Assembly: GCA_963843795.1 (NCBI GenBank)
Contig: CAWJLW010000006.1
Location: 1,860,001 to 1,924,000 of the forward strand
Length of the DNA: 64,000 bases
Direction: 5' to 3'
Origin: an uncultured bacterium
Lineage (GTDB): Bacteria; Armatimonadota; Abditibacteriia; Abditibacteriales; Abditibacteriaceae
How positions within the stretch are numbered: the stretch's first letter is position 1; each line of letters starts with the position of its first letter. Positions 57,612 through 64,000 of this stretch are shown here, in pieces. The notes below the pieces were generated by a model. That model saw only the letters and a program-made list of their open reading frames with translations, searched no databases and was not told where the DNA came from. The position numbers and the translations under genes are program-made.

Positions 57612-60239
57612 TCACGCTTTCAAAGCGCGCACTTGCAAATTGGCGAACGCCACGCGCGGTTCTTTGGCTTCAGCGCCGTAATGACGCACGCCGACTGCGC
57701 CAAATTTGTAGCTGTCATCGGTGGCTTCGATAATCGGCGTTTCCATATCATCGACCCACACTTTGATTTGCGCGCCCTGAGCTTCGACGCGCACCCGACA
57801 CGCTTTTTGCGCGTCCAGAGTTTTTTGAGCTTGTTTGATTTCCGTCCATTTGCCATTGGCTTTGCCCAAAACCACGCGATTGGTCGCCGCTTCAATGCCA
57901 ACATAATAGCCCTGAAAATTATCTGCGCCAATCGCGATTTTCTCGATGCGAAACAGCAAACCGGCATCGCCTTTTTCGCCCGTTATCACGTCAGCTTCAT
58001 AAACGCAATCGCCAAAGCGCGCTTTGGGCGCGATCGCTTGCGCCGTTCCCAGATGCGAAGCGGGCCACAACTTCTCGTCGCGTACAAACCAGCCGCCGCC
58101 GTAGAACACCCAATCATTCAAACCCTGCTTCTTGAAATTTGCGTTCCATGTCAGCGGCATTGGATCGGGTTCTCCGACGATTGGAAAATCGGTCACGCGC
58201 AGCATTTGCGCGCCAAAAGGTTTCAACGTGACGGTTTCAATTGGCTCGCTTGAAGCGACCGGACTTACGGGCGGATCGAAAGCGTTGTGGCCGTTCCAAA
58301 TCAGCGACCAGTCGGGAATTTTGCGCGCGCGCGCCGTTAAACTCAGCGGCGTTTGCGTCGGATCGAACGGGTTTTTCGTCATGCCCACGCGCTGCACAGC
58401 AAACGTCGTATTCGGCACCAGACCGTAATTCCACGGACTCTCTGGCGCAATTGTGAATGGCTCAAAACCTTCGCGAGGCGTGTTGTCTTTGTCATCAGCG
58501 ACCTGCCATTTTTCCTCGATGCCCAGCGCGAAAATCAACGGCCCGTGATGCACCGAAACCGAATCATTGACACCGCGCACGGTACGCGTCTGCATCGGGA
58601 AACGCAGCGTTACAAGGTCGCCATCTTTCCACTGGCGCTCAAGTGTGGCGAAACTATTTGGCGTCAACTTTTGCGAACGTCCATTGATTTGAATCGCCGG
58701 TTTTTCGCACCAACTCGGCACGCGTAATTGCAGTGGAAAGCGTGTGGGTTTGGACGTATTAATGGTCAGATGAATCGTTTCCTCGAAGGGGTAATTGGTG
58801 TCGCAAACAACAGAAACCGTGTTGCCCTGAATGCGGGTGCTGACCTGAGAAGGCAAATATGTGAGCAAAGCAAGACCGCCATTGGCGGTCGCAGCCCAAC
58901 TATTTTGCACCAACTTGGGCCAACCCATGTGCAGGTTGTAACAACAGCACGGATAGCCCGAAATCGGTGCGGGCGTGCGCGCATCGTGATAATCCTGAGT
59001 GAAGCCCAGACCGCCGCGCGGCGCGGTGACGCTGTTAGGCAAAGTGAAATAAACGTGTTGATGAATATCGCGGCTGAGTGCAGCGGGCAAAACATTGAAC
59101 GCAATTTGTTCGATATTATCGCCAATGGATGGCGCGCCAAAAACGCGCAGAGCGACTGCTGTACTGAGCAGGCGCTCGACAACCGAGCACGTTTCGATGC
59201 CTTCACCCGAACTGCGTCCGGCCAGAAATTCCGTGCCCGAATTCATGCCGACCGATAAGCCATGATCGGTCATTAAATGCGTGTTGCCCGCGAAAAATGC
59301 CGCGCGGTCGGCAGCGCTTTTGGAACGCTGCCAATAGGTCACCGGCATTTTCAACGCTTGCGGCACATTGACGCCGTGTTTGGGGTGATAATCATCACCG
59401 TAAGTTAGAAAAAGATTGTCACTGAAGATTTCGCGCCACGGATAGGCTTGATTGTGCAATAAATCGGCGACTTCGAGCAGCGAACTTTCGCCAGTGCGAT
59501 TGTATAACCACAAAACTGTATCAATTTCATCGCCCGCACGCGCCTTGCCCCAATCGCGCAACGGTCGCGCGGGCATATTTTTGCTCACGAACTCGTAATA
59601 CCTGCTGAGAAATGGCAACACACGCGCATCCTCTGTCGCTTCGTAATAATCACGCATCAGCCAAGTCACGACCATGCGCGGCCACCAATCATCATTATTT
59701 TCCGGACCGAAAAATCCATCCTCACGCTGACTTTTTAAAATCGCCTCAATCCACTTTTGTGCGCGCCCTTTCAATTCCTCGTCGTTCAAGGTATAAGCTA
59801 GCGTGACCAAGCCTTTGAGATAATACGGCCCTTTTTCCCAGTTTTCGCCTTCGCCGCCCAGCCATGCGCTTTTTTGCACCGCAGGCAGCAGTTCCGGCGC
59901 ATGACCGGTCAAGCCATCGCGCTGCAATTCCAGTTGTCCCAACGCCCAACCACGCGCCCGCACACTGCCCAACGGCAAAGCACTAAAGGGAACGGGCTGC
60001 AAAGGCGCGCGATTAGTGAATACATTGTTTTTCGCACCCGCAAGTACTTGCGCCGCGTTTGTGGCTGGCAGCGCGCTTTGTCCCACCGCCGGACGTGCGA
60101 GCCATAACGCGCCCAATGCACCCACAGACACGCCAAGAAAATGGCGGCGCGATAAAGAACGTTCTGCAAGTACTTGCAGGGTATCGTTGGCTTTGGTGTC
60201 TTCGATCCAGCGCGTTTGAAAATGGTGGGAATGATTCAT
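57612..60239 (-). CDS. Tat-exported GH127-like (beta-L-arabinofuranosidase) glycoside hydrolase with C-terminal DUF1080-like domain
   Basis: SRRHFL Tat motif; HGVN, ETC, PCCCYN motifs; TNYPFE, LRVPSW. Confidence 0.82.
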   Translation of the reverse strand: MNHSHHFQTRWIEDTKANDTLQVLAERSLSRRHFLGVSVGALGALWLARPAVGQSALPATNAAQVLAGAKNNVFTNRAPLQPVPFSALPLGSVRARGWALGQLELQRDGLTGHAPELLPAVQKSAWLGGEGENWEKGPYYLKGLVTLAYTLNDEELKGRAQKWIEAILKSQREDGFFGPENNDDWWPRMVVTWLMRDYYEATEDARVLPFLSRYYEFVSKNMPARPLRDWGKARAGDEIDTVLWLYNRTGESSLLEVADLLHNQAYPWREIFSDNLFLTYGDDYHPKHGVNVPQALKMPVTYWQRSKSAADRAAFFAGNTHLMTDHGLSVGMNSGTEFLAGRSSGEGIETCSVVERLLSTAVALRVFGAPSIGDNIEQIAFNVLPAALSRDIHQHVYFTLPNSVTAPRGGLGFTQDYHDARTPAPISGYPCCCYNLHMGWPKLVQNSWAATANGGLALLTYLPSQVSTRIQGNTVSVVCDTNYPFEETIHLTINTSKPTRFPLQLRVPSWCEKPAIQINGRSQKLTPNSFATLERQWKDGDLVTLRFPMQTRTVRGVNDSVSVHHGPLIFALGIEEKWQVADDKDNTPREGFEPFTIAPESPWNYGLVPNTTFAVQRVGMTKNPFDPTQTPLSLTARARKIPDWSLIWNGHNAFDPPVSPVASSEPIETVTLKPFGAQMLRVTDFPIVGEPDPMPLTWNANFKKQGLNDWVFYGGGWFVRDEKLWPASHLGTAQAIAPKARFGDCVYEADVITGEKGDAGLLFRIEKIAIGADNFQGYYVGIEAATNRVVLGKANGKWTEIKQAQKTLDAQKACRVRVEAQGAQIKVWVDDMETPIIEATDDSYKFGAVGVRHYGAEAKEPRVAFANLQVRALKA

Positions 60240-60374
60240 ATTTGCCTTTGTATAAATTGATTGAATGCAGATAGACCTCTTGAGTTTGTGCGCGTTGCAG
60301 AACGCCAACTGCTCCTGCAAGTACTTGCCGCGCGGTTAAACTAAACACTTCTTATTAATTAACCGGATTAAGTT

Positions 60375-63300
60375 ATGACGACTTTTGAACTTTTGGACAC
60401 GCTGCTTAAACAACGCATTCTGATTCTCGATGGCGCCATGGGAACCACACTGCAACGTCACAAACTGGGCGAAGGCGATTATCGCGGAGTGGAATTTCTC
60501 GAACATCTGCATGATTTATTGAACAATAACGATGTTCTCTCTTTAACTCAGCCGCACTTAATCGCTGATGTGCATCGCGCTTATCTCGAAGCGGGCGCGG
60601 ACATTATCGAAACCAATACTTTTCAGTCCAACGCCATTGATATGGGCCATTTTGGTCTGGAAGATCGCGTTTACGATTTGAATGTTTCCGGCGCGCGTTT
60701 GGCGTGTACGGCGCGCGATGAATTTACATCGCCCGAAAAGCCGCGTTTCGTGGCCGGCGCGATGGGGCCGCTCACTAAAACTCTGTCATTGTCGCCTGAA
60801 GTCAATGATCCGGCTTTTCGCGCCGTTGATTGGGATCAGGTCGTCGCAGCTTACCGCGAACAAGCGCGGGGCTTGTTGGATGGCGGGGTCGATATCCTTT
60901 TAGTCGAAACCACTTTCGATACGCTAAATTTGAAAGCCGCGCTGTTTGCGATTCAAGAAGAATTTGATGCTCGTGGTAATAGCGTTCCCATCATGGCGTC
61001 GGGCACGATTACCGATGCCAGCGGACGCACCTTGAGCGGACAAACTTTGGAAGCGTTTTGGACTTCAATTTCGGGCGCGCCGTTGTTCTGCGTCGGCTTG
61101 AATTGCGCGCTGGGGCCGGACGAATTGCGCCAGTATGTCGAAGAATTTTCACGTTTAGCACCCATTTACACGCATTGCTACGCCAATGCCGGTTTACCCG
61201 ATCCTCTTTCCGAAACCGGCTTTCCCGAAACGCCACAAAGCATGGCGCCCAAAGTCGCGGAATGGGCGCGCAACGGCTGGCTCAACATTCTGGGCGGTTG
61301 CTGCGGCACGACGCCGCCGCACATCGCGGCGATGGCCAAAGCGGTTGAAGGCATGGCGCCGCGCGTGCCGCCCGCGCCCGATCATTTGTCGCGTTACAGC
61401 GGATTGGAAACCCTTACGCTGCGGCCTGAAAGCAATTTCATCATGGTCGGCGAACGTACCAATGTCACCGGTTCGCCGAAATTTGCGCGTTTGATTCGGG
61501 AAAATAAGCTCGAAGAAGCCTTGGAAATCGCGCGTCAGCAAGTCGAAAACGGCGCCAATATCATTGACGTGAACTTCGACGAAGGCATGCTCGACGGCGA
61601 AGCGATGATGACGCATTTTCTGAAACTACTGGCCGCTGAGCCGGACATTTCGCGCGTACCACTGATGATTGACAGCTCGAAATGGAGCGTTATCGAAGCC
61701 GGTTTGAAATGCGCTCAAGGCAAATGTATCGTCAATTCTATTTCATTGAAAGAAGGCGAAGCAGCATTTCGAGAACGCGCCAAGCTAGTGCGGCGTTACG
61801 GCGCGGGCGCAGTTGTGATGGCTTTTGACGAACAAGGCCAGGCCGATAATTTTGAGCGCCGCATCGAAATTTGTCAGCGCGCCTATGATATTTTGGTCAA
61901 TGAATGCGATTTTCCGCCGCAGGATATTATTTTCGACCCGAACATTTTGACCGTCGCCACCGGTTTGGAAGAACATGTCAATTACGCGGTCGATTTTCTG
62001 CGCGCCACTAAATGGATTAAAGAAAATCTGCCGCACGCCAAAGTGTCGGGCGGCGTGAGCAACATCTCGTTTTCATTTCGCGGCAACAATCGCGTGCGCG
62101 AAGCGATGCACGCGGCGTTTTTGAAACATGGCGTCGATGCCGGTTTGGATATGGGCATCGTCAACGCGGGAATGTTGGAAGTTTACGAAGCCGTCGCGCC
62201 CGATTTGCTCGAAGCGGTCGAAGACGTTTTATTGAATCGTCGCGCCGATGCTACTGAACGATTATTGGAAATGGCCGAGCGCGTCAAAGCGGAAAGTTCG
62301 GGTGAAGTGGCCGAAGTCAAAACCGAAGCGTGGCGTGAAGAAACGCCCGAAGAACGTTTAAAATATGCTTTGATTAAAGGCATTGATTTATACGTTGAAG
62401 CTGACGTTGAAGAAGTGCGCGTGCGTTTTCTGGAAGCGGGCAAAAAGCCGCTGGAAGTGATCGAAGGGCCGCTGATGGACGGCATGAACGTGGTCGGCGA
62501 TTTGTTCGGCGCGGGCAAAATGTTTCTGCCGCAAGTCGTGAAATCGGCGCGCGTGATGAAAAAAGCCGTCGCGATTTTGCTACCTTATATGGAAGCCGAA
62601 AAGCAGCGCACCGGTGCGCGCGCTCAGGGCAAAGTGCTTCTGGCAACGGTGAAAGGCGATGTGCATGATATTGGCAAAAACATCGTCGGCGTGGTTTTGG
62701 GCTGCAACAATTACGAAGTGATTGATCTGGGCGTGATGGTATCTTGCGACAAAATTTTGCAGACCGCGCGCGAAGAAAACGTTGATGTGATTGGGCTTTC
62801 GGGCTTGATTACGCCGAGTTTGGATGAAATGCAGCAAGTCGCGCGCGAAATGCAACGACTGGATTTTCAATTACCGCTGCTGATTGGCGGTGCAACAACC
62901 TCGCGCATTCATACCGCCGTTAAAATCGCGCCGCATTATGAGCGCCCGATTATTCATGTTCTGGACGCCAGTCGCGCGGTCGGCGTCGTCAGCCAACTTT
63001 TATCGGACGATCAACACGATGAATTTATCGAGCGAATTAGCAACGAACAAGAGCGCGACCGCACGGCGCATTTGAATAAACGCGATAAAAAACCGCTGCT
63101 GTCGATTGAAGAAGCACGCGCGCGCAAAAATCCTATCGAATGGAAAAGCGAAGACATTGCCTCACCACCGTTCACTGGTTTCAAGGTGCTGCAAAACATT
63201 CCCTTAGAAGAATTGCTGCCGTTCATCGACTGGACACCGTTTTTCAACGCTTTTGAATTGAAAGGTTTGTATCCTGAAATTTTCGAGGATGAAACGGTTG

Positions 63301-64000
63301 GGGAACACGCCAAGAATTTGTTTGACGATGCACAGCAAGTACTTGCGGGCATCGTGCGCGGCAAACGTCTGCGCGCCAATGCGGTTTACGGTTATTACGC
63401 CGCCAACGCGGTCGGCGATGATGTTGAAATTTACGCGACCGAAGCGCGCGATAAAGCGGCAACGACATTTCATTTTCTGCGCCAGCAAATTGATAAAGCC
63501 GAAGGGCGTTTCGACAACAGCTTGGCCGATTTCATCGCGCCCAAAGAAACTGGTTTACCCGATCATCTGGGCGCTTTTGCGGTTACTGCGGGCATCGGTT
63601 TGGAAGAAATCGTGATGAAATACAAAAGCGCGCACGATGATTACAATGCTTTTATCGCTCAAGCTCTGGCCGACCGTTTGGCCGAAGCCACAGCCGAATG
63701 GCTTCATGCGAAAGTGCGGCGCGAATGGTATGCGCCGAACGAGGAATTGTCGAATCAGGAACTGATTGGTGAGAAATATCGCGGTATTCGTCCGGCTCCG
63801 GGCTATCCGGCGTGCCCGGATCATACCGAAAAAACGCTGCTGTTCGATTTGATGGACGTGCCGCATAAAGCGGGCATCACGCTCACGGAAAGTTACGCGA
63901 TGACACCAGCTTCTTCGGTGTCGGGTTTCTATTTCGCTCATCCGCAAGCGCGATATTTCGCGGTTGGTAAAATCGAGCGCGATCAAATGTTGGATTATGC
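60375..64000 (+). CDS. metH: Cobalamin-dependent methionine synthase (3'-truncated by window)
   Basis: My translation gives [39 protein letters not shown] and [15 protein letters not shown]. It is missing from the ORF track because it has no stop codon in the window. Confidence 0.96.
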   Translation, partial: MTTFELLDTLLKQRILILDGAMGTTLQRHKLGEGDYRGVEFLEHLHDLLNNNDVLSLTQPHLIADVHRAYLEAGADIIETNTFQSNAIDMGHFGLEDRVYDLNVSGARLACTARDEFTSPEKPRFVAGAMGPLTKTLSLSPEVNDPAFRAVDWDQVVAAYREQARGLLDGGVDILLVETTFDTLNLKAALFAIQEEFDARGNSVPIMASGTITDASGRTLSGQTLEAFWTSISGAPLFCVGLNCALGPDELRQYVEEFSRLAPIYTHCYANAGLPDPLSETGFPETPQSMAPKVAEWARNGWLNILGGCCGTTPPHIAAMAKAVEGMAPRVPPAPDHLSRYSGLETLTLRPESNFIMVGERTNVTGSPKFARLIRENKLEEALEIARQQVENGANIIDVNFDEGMLDGEAMMTHFLKLLAAEPDISRVPLMIDSSKWSVIEAGLKCAQGKCIVNSISLKEGEAAFRERAKLVRRYGAGAVVMAFDEQGQADNFERRIEICQRAYDILVNECDFPPQDIIFDPNILTVATGLEEHVNYAVDFLRATKWIKENLPHAKVSGGVSNISFSFRGNNRVREAMHAAFLKHGVDAGLDMGIVNAGMLEVYEAVAPDLLEAVEDVLLNRRADATERLLEMAERVKAESSGEVAEVKTEAWREETPEERLKYALIKGIDLYVEADVEEVRVRFLEAGKKPLEVIEGPLMDGMNVVGDLFGAGKMFLPQVVKSARVMKKAVAILLPYMEAEKQRTGARAQGKVLLATVKGDVHDIGKNIVGVVLGCNNYEVIDLGVMVSCDKILQTAREENVDVIGLSGLITPSLDEMQQVAREMQRLDFQLPLLIGGATTSRIHTAVKIAPHYERPIIHVLDASRAVGVVSQLLSDDQHDEFIERISNEQERDRTAHLNKRDKKPLLSIEEARARKNPIEWKSEDIASPPFTGFKVLQNIPLEELLPFIDWTPFFNAFELKGLYPEIFEDETVGEHAKNLFDDAQQVLAGIVRGKRLRANAVYGYYAANAVGDDVEIYATEARDKAATTFHFLRQQIDKAEGRFDNSLADFIAPKETGLPDHLGAFAVTAGIGLEEIVMKYKSAHDDYNAFIAQALADRLAEATAEWLHAKVRREWYAPNEELSNQELIGEKYRGIRPAPGYPACPDHTEKTLLFDLMDVPHKAGITLTESYAMTPASSVSGFYFAHPQARYFAVGKIERDQMLDY

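Larger units (their letters stand above)
164..63346. repeat. Dispersed highly iterated palindrome GCAAGTACTTGC (~39 exact copies)
   Basis: Exact copies start at 164, 562, 3626, 5474, 5899, 6590, 8647, 9049, 13556, 15716, 15778, 17025, 19143, 20212, 27909, 30487, 33186, 33594, 34060, 35694, 39055, 40105, 40855, 42650, 44333, 44656, 45653, 47188, 49175, 51195, 51550, 52844, 56552, 56603, 57573, 60040, 60166, 60317, 63335 (manual count). Several near-matches also occur. Confidence 0.97.

Noticed and set aside
60240..60374. SAM or cobalamin riboswitch upstream of metH
   Set aside because: The short divergent intergenic region contains no recognisable conserved riboswitch elements.
164..63346. 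Recurrent palindrome as a CRISPR array or IS terminal repeat
   Set aside because: Copies are 12-16 bp, irregularly spaced and often in frame within genes. There are no regular spacers, cas genes or transposase.

Overview
Chromosomal window from a GC-rich diderm bacterium. The gene content (DUF1559 prepilin-like protein, DUF1549/DUF1553 + DUF1501 pair, PASTA kinase, TamB/BamA) suggests an Armatimonadota/Abditibacteriota-like lineage; this is inference only. It carries core genes (holA, ppa, nusA-ylxR-infB-ylxP-rbfA-nrnA-truB-ribF, mtaB, metH, tRNA-Val and tRNA-Asp), an envelope locus (tamB-ECF sigma-bamA), carbohydrate-active enzymes and a four-gene bacteriophytochrome cluster. The main unexplained signal is a highly iterated 12-bp palindrome, GCAAGTACTTGC. 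I counted about 39 exact copies by eye, about half inside CDSs in all three reading frames and about half intergenic, often at the apex of terminator hairpins. It resembles HIP1 or DNA-uptake sequences but matches no motif I recognise. The second highlight is an uncharacterised gene cluster at 22.6-28.5 kb: two small IxxNQxx heptad-repeat proteins, an alginate-export-type porin, a His/Glu-rich membrane protein, a YtkA-like lipoprotein, a polytopic 4Fe-4S protein and a His1 exported protein. Also notable are an AT-hook/tandem-repeat fusion to a Gfo/Idh/MocA oxidoreductase, GTAG-type REP doublets and a 133-bp inverted-repeat element. Several 1-bp insertions (holA, tamB, an orphan gene) probably reflect assembly error.
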